From NCBI RefSeq assembly GCF_006345805.1, contig NW_021832270.1:9910-73909 (forward strand): a stretch of DNA of 64,000 nucleotides, given 5' to 3'. Below the pieces are notes generated by a model. It saw only the letters and a program-made list of their open reading frames with translations, was not told the origin of the DNA and searched no databases. Of this stretch, positions 1 through 13,153 are shown piece by piece (within the stretch, counting starts at the first letter, position 1; every line of letters starts with the position of its first letter). The stretch comes from Octopus sinensis. Taxonomy: Eukaryota. The position numbers and the translations under genes are program-made.

Positions 1-540
1 CAAATCCCAAAGAATTCCTTTCAACACACAGCTATGATGCTCCCCCACTACTTCTGCTCGTGATCAGAGATGCACATATCGTCAGCCACTAAAGGACATG
101 CTCAACTGGTTACGGTTAAGCAACTGATAAGCAGATCTGTGGTATTGAACAGATCTGTGGTATTGAACAGATCTGTGGTATTGTAAGGCGGCGAACTGGC
201 AGAAACGTTAGCATGCCGGGCGAAATGCTTAGCGGTATTTCGTCTGCGTTACGTTGTGAGTTCAAATTCCGCCAAGGTCGACTTTGCCTTTCATCCTTTC
301 GGGGTCGATAAATAAAGTATCAGTTACGAACTGGGGTCGATGTAATCGACTTAATACCTATGTCTGTCCTTGTTTGTTCCCTCTGTGTTTAGCCCCTTGT
401 GGGTAATAAAGAAATAGGTATTGAACAGAATATTTAGTGTATCCCTTCTTTTTATACCAAGACAAAACATGTACATGATGTCATTCCCAATCAGTTAAGA
501 GCTAAAGCCATGAGGGCCACTGCCTGGTATTGTATTAGGT
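1..540. mobile_element. Interspersed repeat (family also at 2510-2995), interrupted by SINE B
   Basis: 1-180 plus 417-480 align by eye to about 2800-2995; contains a local triplication of CAGATCTGTGGTATTG(AA) at about 132-183. Confidence 0.6.
184..416 (+). mobile_element. SINE family B (AAGGCGGCGAGCTGGCAGAA...AAAGAAATA)
   Basis: Many copies in the window; B-box-like GAGTTCAAATTCC; flanking duplication GGTATTG at 177-183 and 417-423. Confidence 0.8.
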
Positions 541-619
541 GGTGGTCAGCAAACACAGTTGTTAGCATGCTGGACAAGATGCCTGGCAGTATTTCACCAG
601 TCTTCATCTTCTTACTCTC

Positions 620-847
620 TTTTCTCTTTCACTCTTTTACTTGTGTCAGTCATTTGACTGTGGCTATGCTGGAGCAGCGCCTTTAGTTGAGCAAATCGAC
701 TCCAGGACTTATTCTTTGTAAGCCTAGTACTTATTCTATCGATCTCTTTTGCTGAACGGGGACGTAAACACACCAGCATTGTTTGTCAAGCGATGTTGGG
801 TGGACAAACACAAACAGACAAACACACACACACACACACACACACAC

Positions 848-870
<23 letters not shown>
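620..870 (-). mobile_element. SINE family A, 3' half
   Basis: Reverse complement of the 3' half of the complete copy at 57912-58327. Confidence 0.75.
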
Positions 871-885
<15 letters not shown>

Positions 886-1446
886 TTATAAACAAGGGCT
901 AAAGAAAATTACTTCTATGCCAATATGCTGATAACAGACTTTTAAATCGTCAGTTTCCACATATTATTTACTCGCTACAGAAAACACGTAGAGCTGAAAT
1001 CGAGGAAAGCCAGCCAACAGGATTTTTTGTAAAAAGTTCGTTATTTCTATATTGAAGCAATTTCGGAATTAATCTCAATAAATTTTTTCCTCTTCAGTAG
1101 AAAATACGAAAAGACATAAATCAAATGCTTACAAGCACCGATGGAAAAAAGCCGAACTAAAAATCATGAGTACATATAAGTACCCCAGATATATCTAAAT
1201 ATAAAATCCTTTGGTCAGCTTCAGCACACGTGTGAACTGTTCCCCACTACAGCTTATAGTGGTTACCAGTCCCTATAGCAAATAGTGATAAGTCTACTAC
1301 TAATATAGGATGAAGCTTTTTTACAGAAAATTTCATCAGAAAATGTGGCAATACATACATATATATATATATATACATACATATACATACATATACATAT
1401 ATATACAATGTATATATATATACATACATATGCATACATATACATA

Positions 1447-1612
1447 TATATACAATGGGCTTCTTTTCAGTTTCCGTCTACCAAATACACTCACAAGGTT
1501 TTGGTCGGCCTGAGGCTATAGCAGAAGACACTTGCCCAAGGTGCCACGCAGTGGGACTGAACCCAGAACCATGTGGTTGGTAAGCAAGCTACTTACCACA
1601 CATTCACTCCTG
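1447..1612 (-). mobile_element. SINE family A, 5' half (tRNA-like head)
   Basis: Reverse complement of the 5' half of 57912-58327. Confidence 0.75.
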
Positions 1613-2509
1613 AAGTTGATTTTGCCTTTTGACTTTGGGGGGAGGTGGGGTTGATAAAATAAGCACCAGTCAAAGATTTGAAGATGATGTAATTGACTAG
1701 TCATCCCCCCACCTGCCCACAATTTCAGGCCTTGTGTCTATAGTAGAAAGGGATTATTATTTTTGTTGTTGTTGTTAGTTTACTACTTTGACTCTTTTCT
1801 TTTCTCTACCAGTGTCCTTACAATTATCAACCATTCAGTGCCCCAGCTTCCTTGGCTGCTAGTCGTGAGAACCTCTTGGAGAATCGAAATAACCCCAACA
1901 CTGCTGGACAAATAGCAGTGGAACAGAGCCGGGTAGCCCACCCTGGTAAGTTGCAATGCTTTTGTTACTGAATCAATCACAGGTTAATGACTAAAGTGAA
2001 TGAATTAATAAATAAGAAAGAATGAAGGAAGGAAAGAAGGAAGGAAGGTAAAAGAAGGTGCTGTTAAAAGTAAAAAGAACCCCCATACGCTATTTCTTTT
2101 AAGTCTTAATGTTTTGAGTTCAAATCTTGCTGAGTTCAACTTTGACTTTTGTCCTTTCGGGGGTTGATAAATTAAAGCACTAAGTCAGATACTGGGGCCA
2201 GTGCAGTCAACTAGTCCCACTTCCCTGCAAACATTATTAGTGTTGTGCCTTAATCAGAAACGATTATTATTATCATCATCATCATCACACTGGACGAAAT
2301 GCTTTGCGGCATTTTGTCTGCTTTTACATTCTGAGTTCCTACTCTGCCAAGGTTGACTTTGCCTGTCAACCTTCCACGGTTGATAAATTAAGTACCAGTG
2401 AAACACTGGGGTCTATGTAATTAACTGGTTCCCTGAACCCAAATTTCAGGCCTTGTAGAAAGGGGTGTCATCGTCATCGCCGTTACCGTCGCCGCCATTT
2501 TCATTATTG

Positions 2510-2995
2510 AGTGAGAGAGCCAGTGCATGCCATCAAAGTGACACTGGGGTAAAATATACGAAGCCCAGTATACCCATCATGACTACCCGTCTGGTGATAA
2601 GGGTACACTAGGCACATGCATCACAACCATATCTGCGCAACATGGTGATCTTATATCCAGATAAACAGCACATGACCTTGCAGGTGGGGCCCAGTTAGAA
2701 TTTTCTTCTGGTCGAGTAACCCATCCTGCTCAAAAGGTCCCTGAATAAGGATTAAGGATGTTGAACGAACCACCCATGTTTCCAAAGATGAATTATCCAA
2801 ACCTCTAAAAATTTCTTTCAACACACGGCTATGATGCTTCTCCTCTGCTTCTGCTCATGATTAGATATGCACATATTGTCGGCCACTAAGGGACATGGTC
2901 AACTGGTTGAGGTCAAACAACTGACAAGCAAATCTGTGGTATTGAGCAGAATATTTGCTGTAGCCCATCTTGTATACCAAGACAAAACAATGTAC
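2510..2995. mobile_element. Interspersed repeat, same family as 1-540
   Basis: Shared segment ...TTTCAACACAC(A/G)GCTATGATGCT...CCAAGACAAAACA. Confidence 0.6.
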
Positions 2996-3016
2996 ATCAT
3001 TATTATTATTATTAAG

Positions 3017-3497
3017 ATACGTAAAAAGCACTATCCGACTCGTGGCCGTGGCACGTAAAATACTCCAATGCGACCGTACGACAGGCACCCATGCCAACCC
3101 CCTTTGCTTGTGAAGACATGTTGGGGCAAGCGAAATCGAAATCGAAATTGAATTGAACCAGCCAGGATCCCTGGTCTGGTGGTACGTAAAAAGCACTATC
3201 CGACTCGTGGCCGATGCCAGCACCGCCTCGACTGGCTTCCGTGCCGGTGGCACATAAAATATACCAATCTGACCGTGGCCGTTGCCAGCCTTGCCTGGCA
3301 CCTGTGCAGGTGGCACGTAAAAAGCACCCACTACACTCACGGAGTGGTTGGCGTTAGGAAGGGCATCCAGCTGTAGAAACATTGCCAGATTAGACTGGAG
3401 CCTGGTGCAGCCTTCTGGCTTCCCAGAACCCCGGTCGAACAGTCCAACCCATGCTAGCATGGAGAACGGACGTTAAACGATGATGATGATGATGATG
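3017..3497 (+). mobile_element. SINE-like family C (internal ~63-bp tandem units, LINE-like 3' end, (GAT)n tail)
   Basis: Ends CCAACCCATGCTAGCATGG...CGTTAAACGATGATGAT; homologous copies at 5226, 13533, 23820, 59520, 62170 and 63510. Confidence 0.75.
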
Positions 3498-5225
3498 AAG
3501 ATAGTGAGCTAGCTGAATCATTTGCCTGTCAAGGCAAAATGCTTTATGATATTTCTTCCAGCCCATTACATTCTGGGTTCACATCCTGCCAATGTTAAAT
3601 CTGCTTTTCATCCTTGTTACCTCAATTAAATTAAAGTACCAGATGAGTACAGTGGTTGATGTAATCCACTCCCTAACTCCTCTTAAAATCAATGACATTG
3701 TGCCAAAATTAAAAAGAATTCTCATCACTATTATGCCAAAAAAATGTACCAATATGTACCAATGATGGTTAGTGGCTGCAACAAAAATCTATGGCTAAAG
3801 TTTGCAAAATTGTCTGAGTTTGTGTGATACGAGGGCACCACTTCATCAATGACAGCATCAGCAGCAGCAGGCTGGTATCAAAAGGGTTAAGGTAGAGCCC
3901 TCAGCAAAGCTGTAGTCCAAAGACTGAAACAAAAGAATTAAGAAGAAAAGATAGCTGCCAGAGATGATGTGGGTTCTCACCAACCATTCTACTTGATTTT
4001 GTAAACTGGAACCAATAATTAGTGTGTAGATGATGAATGGACTTCTGCACACTCATTGTATCAGTCTTAGAGGGAGGAATGGTATAGAATAGACATTAAA
4101 ATGGACATCGATGATGCCAGAATTCTTCATAGGAATCAATTCTTACTGATTCCCTGCGCCTTCTTCTTCCTTCTTTTCTTTCTTTTGTTTTTGCTAATTA
4201 GTTTTACTTGATTGTTTTATTTGTATATTTACGTTTTGAATTTTTTTAACAATGTTTTTTTTTGTTGTTTTTTTTTTTGTTTTGATATGGAAGATACTGG
4301 TGTGAGAAAAAAATATAGGCTGTTATGTCACATAATTATTATTTATAGGAATTTTTGGTTATTAAAACTGATCGCTATGATTTTCAGTGATGCCATTGAA
4401 AAGTCCAGGGGTAATCCGGGTTAAGTCTGCATTAAGTTGGTAAGACGGTATCCTGGCAATTAATTAATGATATCTAGGTTGGACATTAGCAAAAAAAAAA
4501 CAAAAGACGTAAATATCTCCACAAAAAGTCAAAACAAAATTTTAAAAAATTAATAAAATATGAAAATGAAAACAAGAAAAAGTTCGAAATGTCGATAAGA
4601 CAAAGTGTAAAGTCAATCAATGCATTAAATGCTGTGGAGGAAGAGGAAGAAATCTAATTCGATATTTCTGGCTGTGGCTCTTTGTCAAAAAAAAAAAGGA
4701 GGAGGGAGAAGGTGAAACAAATAAAAGGAAAACGAAAATAGAAGGATAAAACAGAATTAATGGAAGAAACAAAAGATGTGTTTTTGTTTACGAGTTTTAC
4801 CATGCTGTGATGGTAAACAGGAAATAGTGGAACGAAGAATTTTTTTTCTAGATGAGCAACGAGTAAAAAGTTAGGGAAGCAAGCAAGACGAGAGAGTGTG
4901 GGAGATGAAGATGGTGTGCTGGAACACGTGTATGCATAAGATAAATTTGTGTGTGTGTGTGGGGTGGATGAATCTGTGTGTGAGTGTAATGAATTGTGTG
5001 TGGGCAAGGTGGCATGATGATGATGATGATCGTGATTGTTTCACTTTCACTATCCCATGTTTTCATGCGTTGGATGGAAATCATTAAGGGGAATTTAATA
5101 TGGCCAGATGACCTTACTATCAGCAACTCTCCTTCTCAAACAGTGTAATATTTTCTTCCGTGACTGGACACGTCTACATGGACATTTGGAAGTGGACAAG
5201 ACTGCTTGTATGTTGCTGTCATTTA

Positions 5226-5582
5226 TTTATATAGCATGAGATGTGGCCGTTTGCCAGCTCTGTCTGGCCCCGTGTCGGTGGCACGTAAAAGCACCATCCG
5301 TTCGTGTCCGTTGCCAGCATCTCCTGGCCCCGTGCCGGTGACACGTAAAAGCACCATCCGTTCGTGGCCGTTTGCCAGCTCTGTCTGGCACCTGTGCGGG
5401 TGGCACGTAAAAAACACCAACTACACTCACGGAGTGGTTGGCGTTAGGAAGGGCATCCAGCCGTAGAAACACTGCCAGATCTGACTGGGCCTGACGAAGC
5501 CTTCCAGCTTCATAGACCCCAGTTGAACCGTCCAACCCATGCTAGCATGGAAAGCGGACGCTAAATGATGATGATGATGATG
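5226..5582 (+). mobile_element. SINE-like family C
   Basis: Same 3' end and (GAT)n tail, with about 3 internal units. Confidence 0.75.
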
Positions 5583-5624
5583 AGATATTGAGACAAGGAG
5601 ACACACACAGACTCACATATGTGA

Positions 5625-5962
5625 AGGTAAAGACCCCCTTCGGTCATGAATGACCATGGCATTGCACCTAGGAAGTTGCCCTCCCAGGCACAAATCCAGG
5701 CAAGGTTGTTTATGGAAGACCAGCAGTCACCTATTCAAAACCAGCTTCCCCTCTTCATGCCACTGATGTTATCGAAGGGAAAACAATAAGCCAATACAGC
5801 TTGGCACCTGTGACATCGCAACTCATTTCTAGAGCTGAGTGAACTGGAGCAACATGAAATAAAGTGTCTTGCTCAAGAACACAACATCCAGCCTGATCCA
5901 GGAATCGAACTCACTACCTCATGATTGTGAATCTGATGCTCTTAACCATTGAGTCATGTGCC
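5625..5962 (-). mobile_element. tRNA-derived SINE family E
   Basis: Minus strand starts CATGACTCAATGGTTAAG...GAGTTCGATTCC (A/B boxes); related copies at 12051, 18925, 28600, 31490 and 35200-35635. Confidence 0.65.
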
Positions 5963-6009
5963 TTTACTATAGAGAGAGAAGAGCTTAATCAAGTAAATGA
6001 ATACCTTTC

Positions 6010-6412
6010 TGTAAACCACTCCCTCGCTTTCCTCCTATTCTCCTTCTATTCTTTTCTCTCCCTTCTCCCTCCTCTCACCCTTCTTCCTCCTTCTCTCTCC
6101 CTTCTCCCTCCTTCTCTCTCCCTCCTTCTCTCTCCCTTCTCCCTCCTTCTTCCCTCTTCTCCCTCCTTCTCTCCCTTTCTCCCTCCTCTCACCCTTCTTC
6201 CTCCTCCTCTCTCCCTCCATTCTCCCTTTTCTCTCTCCTTTCTCCCTCCTTCTCTCTTCTTTCTCCCTCCTCTCTCCCTTCTCCCTCCTTTGCCCCTCTT
6301 CTCCCTCCTCCTCTCCCTTTCTCCCCACTTCTCCCTCCCTCTCTCTCCCTTCTCCTTCCTCCTCTCTCCCTTCTCCCTCCTTCCTCCTCTCTCCCTTCTC
6401 CCTCCTTCTCCC
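6010..6412. repeat. Polypyrimidine/polypurine tract built from CTCCCTCCTTCT-like units
   Basis: About 400 bp of almost only C/T on the + strand. Confidence 0.9.
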
Positions 6413-7527
6413 TTGATCCATGACTGAATCCAAAAGCATTGACATCTCCCTTGCTTCACAATTATAAATGCATTGACTTGATAATATTATCTGTGTTCTT
6501 TTTTTTTTTTGTTTTCTTGTTGATGTCCTACCTGGGTATTAATTATTTAGCAGGGTGTCATGTTATTAACCGTTCTTTTAAGAGATGCTTACTTTGGTGA
6601 GGTTTTTTTTTTTACCTTTTGACATGGTTCGGAAAATTTTTTCTTATTAAATTATAATTTTTTCAAGATAATGGTAAGATGTATTGGCACGGCTTCCTTC
6701 TGTAAATATATTTATATAGTTTATACTGCATTCACACACACACACACACAGACACACACACACACAGACGCATACACACACACATGTATACACATACCTA
6801 TATACATATACACACATATATACATATATATAGACACATGTATACATACATACATACATACATACACATATACACACACACATACAAATGTACATATAGA
6901 CATATGCTATCATATATATATTATATATATATATATATAGATGGATAGAGAGTGAGTGAGCCTATATATATATATATACTGCATTTGTGTGAATATATTG
7001 GATATATATTTTGTATATATATATGTGTAATGCAAATATATATCTTTAAATATTGCACCAAAGTGAGTACACATGTTACTATATTGTTATTTGTGTATAT
7101 TTTAACCCCTCCTCCTTCTTGCCATCCCACCCCACTACTCCTGAAAGTGGGAGATGGAGGAGGAGGAAGAAGAGGAGGGACTAGGCCAATGGAGGTTTCT
7201 GGAACAGAGATATGTCTAAACTCACATGATTTATCATCTCTTACCCTTTCCATCAGCTCCTTGACCTCATTCTGGATTCTTGCCCAATCTCTCTTCCATT
7301 AGGTTTGTATCGCTATTCGAATTCCCTCTTGACCGGCATCTTGAAACTTATCATCGGCACGGCACCGGGTATTAACCACTGGCGAGCCAACAGCCGGAGC
7401 CATCTTCTCAATGGCTGCTCGACTTGCTTGAAATAGCAGCCAGCTTTTACCCTACAGTGGCTGTGTGGTTAAGTAACCTGCTTTCCACAACCATGTGATT
7501 TCAAGTTCAGTACTACAGAATGTTATC

Positions 7528-7947
7528 AGAAAGGCGGTGAGCTGGCAGAATCATTAGCACGCTGGGCGAAATGCTTTGCAGTATTTCGTCTGCCACTGCG
7601 TTCTGAGTTCAAATTCCACCGAGGTTGACTTTGCCTTTCATCCTCTAGGGATTGATTAAATAAGTACCAGTTACGCACTGGGGTCGATATAATTGACTTA
7701 ATCCATTTGTCTGTTCTTGTTTGTCCTCTCTGTGTTTAGCCCCTTGTGGGTAGTAAAGAAATAGGTATTTTTCCTGTTGCTACGTTCTGAATTCAAATTC
7801 CGCCGAGGTTGACTTTGCCTTTCATCCTTTCGGGGTCGATTAACTAAGTACCAGTCACGCACTGGGGTCGATATAATTGACTTAATCCATTTGTCTGTCC
7901 TTGTTTGTCCCCTCTATGTGTAGCTCCTTGTGGGTAGTAAAGAAATA
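7528..7947 (+). mobile_element. SINE family B, head-to-tail dimer
   Basis: Two monomers flanked by the 11-bp duplication AGAATGTTATC (7517-7527 and 7948-7958). Confidence 0.8.
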
Positions 7948-8339
7948 AGAATGTTATCTTGAGCAAGGGTCATGAAACGACTGTTAGCCTTCATACACAA
8001 ATAAAGAAATTCTATCCACCGATGCAGTATTGAGCACTCATTCTCATCATTTGACTTTTACATATGTATGTATATATATAAACATACACACACACACGTA
8101 TGCATATAAACACACACATAGCCATAGCAACATATGCATCTGCATGTATGTTTGTTTGTGTGTTAGTTTATATTTGTGCTTCTGAAAATCCCTACCTGTA
8201 AGTGGTGATATTGTTGTCGTTTTCACCTGTCAACAAACCATCCACCCACCCATCCATCCACTGGCTTTGTGTCTTCAAAGTTTGGAATTAGAGATCTTTT
8301 ACTTGATAAGCAGTTAAGGTTCAGCTACAAGGTACACAC

Positions 8340-8340
8340 A

Positions 8341-8373
<33 letters not shown>

Positions 8374-8640
8374 ATAAGACATTGCGTATGTGCTCCTGTG
8401 GCCATATGCCATGCTTTGCACACACACACACACACATTTTCACACATACACCCTTTCACACAAACACCCTTTCACACATACACCCTTTCACACATACACC
8501 CTTTCACCCAAACACCCTTTCACACATACACCCTTTCACACATACACCCTTTCACACAAACACACTTTCACGCACACACACGTTCACACTCTCACACACA
8601 CACATATATTCACATTCACACACACTTTCACACATATGCA
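8340..8640. repeat. CA-derived minisatellite (CACATACACCCTTTCA-like units)
   Basis: Direct inspection. Confidence 0.8.
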
Positions 8641-9504
8641 CTATGGGGGTGTGGTGGCAGGTAAGGAAGGAAAATGGTAGTGAGGCATTTTATTGTATTT
8701 TATTGCCTCAATATATATATATATACACACATATATATATACACTCAGTATCTTTCATAACATTTCTTTTTAATTCAAAGTTATTATTACTAATATTAAA
8801 ATTAATAAAACATCAAAAAAAAAAAAACATCTCTGTTTAAAAAAAACAAAACCAACAAAACACACAGCTTTTTGAGTTTCATAATAACAACAAATATATG
8901 TCTAATAATTTTGCCTGATCCGAGATGTTGTTTCCACAGAAATTGTTGTTGCTTTTGTATTTTAATGTTATTTTGCTGTCAGTTTTGGGTGTAATTCCAG
9001 TATTTACATGCATTTTCATTTATTTCTTTACTATTTTTATTTCTGAATGCACAAGCTATTGGTGATCGCTATGGTTTTATTTTTCTGTTTACTTTTTTTT
9101 CCTTACATTTTATTTAATTTTTCTCCTTATTCCTATTACTGTTTTTTCCTCACGTCTTTTTGCTTACGGTGGTGTAAATATGGAGGTGTCTGCATTATAT
9201 TTTTTAATGGTGATGGCTGTGGTAGTATCGGTGCTGAAACTAGTGGTGGTAAACTTTGCAAAAGCTATGGTTTTCAGTGTGTTTTGGTGTTTAGTGGTTC
9301 TAGTGTGAAGGTAGCGAGAGAGTGAGACTTATTAATGAAAAATGTTCGTAGCATCTTACTGTTGCTGTAGAAAATATACAAAATGGTGAGAATTTACATC
9401 ACAAGATTCCCAAAATTCATTTGTAACCAAGGGTTACATATGCATACATATGTGTATTAATACATGTTTAGTCTCACACTTGTGTACATATATATATATA
9501 TATA

Positions 9505-9680
9505 CTTTATTTAAATGCAGCAGAAAATTCAACAAAACCTGTTACTCTGAGTTTCACGTTCCCGTTCGTCGGACAGTTTTGCTAGAAAAAAAAGATCTCT
9601 TTTTCTAGCAAAAACTGTCCAACGAACATGAAACTCAGAGTAACAGGTTTTGTTGAATTTTCTGCTGCTTTTAAATAAAG
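9505..9680. mobile_element. Foldback element (~85-bp arms), putative Penelope-like pLTR relic, followed by a unique tail to ~9752
   Basis: CTTTATTTAAATGCAGCAGAAAATTCAACAAAACCTGTTACTCTGAGTTTCA is mirrored at about 9628-9680; tail is related to 22310-22390 and 27430-27510; (TA)n on both sides. Confidence 0.7.
9534..9580 (-). ncRNA. Type I hammerhead-ribozyme-like motif (U4C variant)
   Basis: AAAACTGT-CCGACGA-ACG GGAA CGT-GAAA-CTCAGAGT-A-ACAGGTTTT; helices I, II and III all pair. Confidence 0.55.
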
Positions 9681-9749
9681 CATATTACTCTACCCCTGGT
9701 ATTTGAGTACTCTTTTTTCCACCTTGTTTCACATTTATGTGTTTACTCC

Positions 9750-9800
<51 letters not shown>

Positions 9801-9916
9801 TTTCGATTAGGGGTTGTGTTAACCTCGTGAAGGGATGGTTTCATCCAAAGGAATACTGGTTCAATACCTAGTATTTTGGGGGAATTAATTTCTTTAAAAG
9901 AATAGTTATATGTATA

Positions 9917-10297
9917 TCTCTCTCTATATAAACGGCAGTTTGTCTGTGCGTTTTCTGTGTCTATTTTCTCGTACCCTCACTCTGACCACGGCTTTCAACC
10001 GATTCTGATGAAACTTGACACACACATAGCCCAATGTCATAATTCAAAACTAACGCAGCGAAAATTTTGAAAAGTTCCCCCAGTTCTGAAAAAAATCGAT
10101 AAATTCGACATGGGGTCGAGAATCAGAAACACAAACCGCAAACTGTCTAGGGGACGCAACTCCACCTTTTTTTACTCTCAAAAAAAATTTACCATAATTT
10201 TTTTCCATTTTTTTGCTATTTTTTGGCTATAACTCTCTAAAAATGCTTTATAGTTATTTCCCTTACAAACCTGAGCAACGCCGGGCGATACTGCTAG
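9917..10297 (+). mobile_element. Non-autonomous Helitron-like element
   Basis: 5' TC after A; subterminal hairpin CCTGAGCAACGCCGGG; 3' CTAG before T; 3' end shared with 46335-46734. Confidence 0.7.
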
Positions 10298-10719
10298 TAT
10301 ATATATAAACATATTGTTTATATTTATATAAAAGAAGAGAAAGAAAATGGAGATTGGGATGTTAATAATTGTTTATTATTAGCAGTAAATGAAACAGTTT
10401 GTCATGACAAGTTTTGCGCAGGTCTGGGCTAGATGTAAATTCTGGATAATCCAGTTGTCAGGATTCCTCTCTTGACCTTGCTGACATAGCCCAAAGGCGT
10501 GCAGAGTATTACGTTTGGCACCAGCTTGGTTGCAGAAGCTGCCGGAAGAGTGTCGAGTCAAGCACTAAACTGCCTACTGGGCTCCACTCCATATTTCTTT
10601 GAAGATTGTCTCCTTTCTGTAACCCTGGATAGGGGGCCCATACCGGGTACTATCAGCCGGAGTCAGCTGAGCCCGGGACTCTTGTCAGGCAGGGTTGTCA
10701 CTCCCTGAAATTTTGGCAC

Positions 10720-11040
10720 ATGAAGAAAAAAGTGAACAACTATGATGAACTGAAGTGGGAAATATGCAGGTTGTGGGCAGTGAAGAAACTGGATGTGATA
10801 TCAATAGTGATTGGCGTGGCTGGAAGTATCAGTGCCCAACTACCAACATGGCTCAAAAAGATTGGGATGAATGTGAAAATAGAACACCTACAAAGATCAT
10901 CATGGCTTGAAACTGCAAGAATTCTTCGCAGGGTTCTTGAAGCATGACCTGTAAACAAGTGTCCCCTTAGTCTGCTGGCTGTGGGCAGCTGACAATTTCC
11001 ATCATACCCAGCAAAAAAATAAAGCTGAGATTTTTTTTTA
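10720..11040 (+). mobile_element. R4/Dong-like non-LTR retrotransposon, C-terminus and 3' UTR
   Basis: KVNNYDELKWEICRLWAVKKLDVISIVIGVAGSI...LQRSSWLETARILRRVLEA* matches the RLE-clade C-terminal pattern. Confidence 0.75.
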
Positions 11041-11604
11041 ATGTTATGATAAAAATTATAACCGTTTCAAATTTTGGCAGCAGGCCCACAATTTTAAGGG
11101 GAAGAAGTTAGTAATGCAGTCCACCCCAGTATCTGTTTGATGCTTTTTGTTGGCCCCTGAGGGATAAAAAGCAAAGTTGATCTTGGCAGGTTTGAAATCA
11201 GAACATGAGGAACTGGAACCAATGCAATTAAACCTTTTTTTCCCCCCAGTGCTCTAGCTATTCTGGCACCATGTTGATGATGATGATGATAATGGTGCTG
11301 GTGGTAGTGGTGTTGTACTTGACTATGCAGGCTCACATTGTGTGAGGAAAGTATGTCCAATTTTATTGGACTCCTTACCCCTATACTTGGCTGGTACACA
11401 TTTTTATTGACCCTAGAAGGGAAAGAAAACTCAGGATAATATGAAACCTGTAGCAGGATGCTCAGTTTTTTTACAATGTTCTAATGATCTTGTGAATAAT
11501 AGTTATAAATGATAATTATTCTTCTCACAGTAAATTAAACACTGAAAGATTCGTTTTGTATAACGAATGACCAATTTTGTCCAAATTAATTGCAATATCT
11601 CACT

Positions 11605-11885
11605 GATTCACCGTGATGACATAATATGCTATCATCATTGTCACTGTCATCATCATCATCATTATCACTGTCATCATTATCATCATCATCATTATCACTG
11701 TCATCATTATCGTCATCATCATCATCATCTTTATCATTCTTTTCATCATCACCATTGTCACTACCCTCATCACAATAATCATCATCATCATCATCATCAT
11801 TGTCATGCTTACTGTTTTCATCATCATTTTATCATAATTGTCTTTATTGTCGTCATCATCATCATCATTGTCATCCTTCCTGTCA
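11605..11885. repeat. Degenerate (CAT)n microsatellite
   Basis: Direct inspection. Confidence 0.9.
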
Positions 11886-12050
11886 TCATCTTCATTATGG
11901 TGGTATTTACTTTGTTTTGCTTTTTGTCTTGTCTTCCATTTGAGCATATGGCTTGGTAGACCAGCAACAGTGGATCTCCGTGCATCCTGACCATACGTGA
12001 TATTACTGTAAATTTATGGCATTTAATCTGGTCATATTGGGCCCAAGTGA

Positions 12051-12230
12051 AGGCACATGGCTCAGTGGTTAGAGCATTGAGCTTATGATTGTGAGGTTGT
12101 GAGTTTGATTCTTGGACTGTGAGTTTGATTCTTGTGTTCTGGAGCCAGACACTTTATTTCATGTTGCTCCAGTTCACTCAGCCGTAGAAATGAGTTGTGA
12201 TGTCACTGGTGCCAGGCTGAAAAAGTAAGC
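12051..12230 (+). mobile_element. tRNA-derived SINE family E
   Basis: GGCACATGGCTCAGTGGTTAGAGC...GAGTTTGATTC head. Confidence 0.65.
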
Positions 12231-12974
12231 ACTGGTGTCAATTTGTACAATTAAATTCTTTGAGGCAGTGCTCCAGCATGGCTGTGGTCCACTGACTGAC
12301 ATGAGTAAAACATCAAAGATGTGTGTGGGTGTGTATATATACTCACACACACACACATGCATACATATATCAAATAAGGCATTTAGTAACAGACCGTCGT
12401 TAGTGCCTCAACTTAAAAACCGAGAAAAACAGTCAAAGTTTTCTGAGTTTCAGAGTGCTATATCTCGGCAAAGAATGAAGTTAGGAAGCTGATTTTGGTC
12501 TTGAAACGACCGTGAAGACCTCTTCTAATCATTCCACCTATGGAAAATTATTTATTTATGTATGCATCTGAAAGATGGAACAATGACTTATATCTTTCTC
12601 ATTTTGTAGAATATATCAGTTCTATGAAACAGTGTATCACATTGCTTACTTTAGCCATAATACTTAGAAAAAACATACAGAGACCCCACAAAGGTATCGT
12701 TTATGTTTTAGTATACCAGGGTGAATATCTTTAAGAGGTAAGGAAGACAAGATAGTAAGATAATAGCCCATTATCATTACGATGGTAACGAGGAATATTG
12801 AAAAATTAGCCATAACACCTTGAAAATTGATACAAGGACCATACCAAAGTTATTGATTTAGTGCATGTGCATACGATGGTCTATTACTAAACTCTCTGGT
12901 CTGAGTTTGGGTGAGTAAGCATCATGTCAATAGTGTCAAGGTCCAATATTTTCCAGCCAGATTTTCGACCTTAA

Positions 12975-13153
12975 CCCTTTTGTTACTGTAATAACAAAGA
13001 ATATAGTAAAGTAACTTAGTTATCATTCAGCTAGTGTTAGGAACATAAATTGTGACTAAAGTTTGGTGGTATATTTTAATGCAAAACTTATGAAAACAAG
13101 ATATTTGTACTGCAGAGCCAGAGCCGTTTTTGACCGGGTTGGTAACAAAAGGG
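12975..13153. mobile_element. piggyBac-type MITE
   Basis: Perfect 12-bp TIR CCCTTTTGTTAC/GTAACAAAAGGG with TTAA on both sides. Confidence 0.8.

Noticed and set aside
4372-4459. Possible minus-strand terminal exon (IPSYQLNADLTRITPGLFNGITENHSDQF*)
   Set aside because: Weak acceptor, no upstream partner, unrecognised peptide
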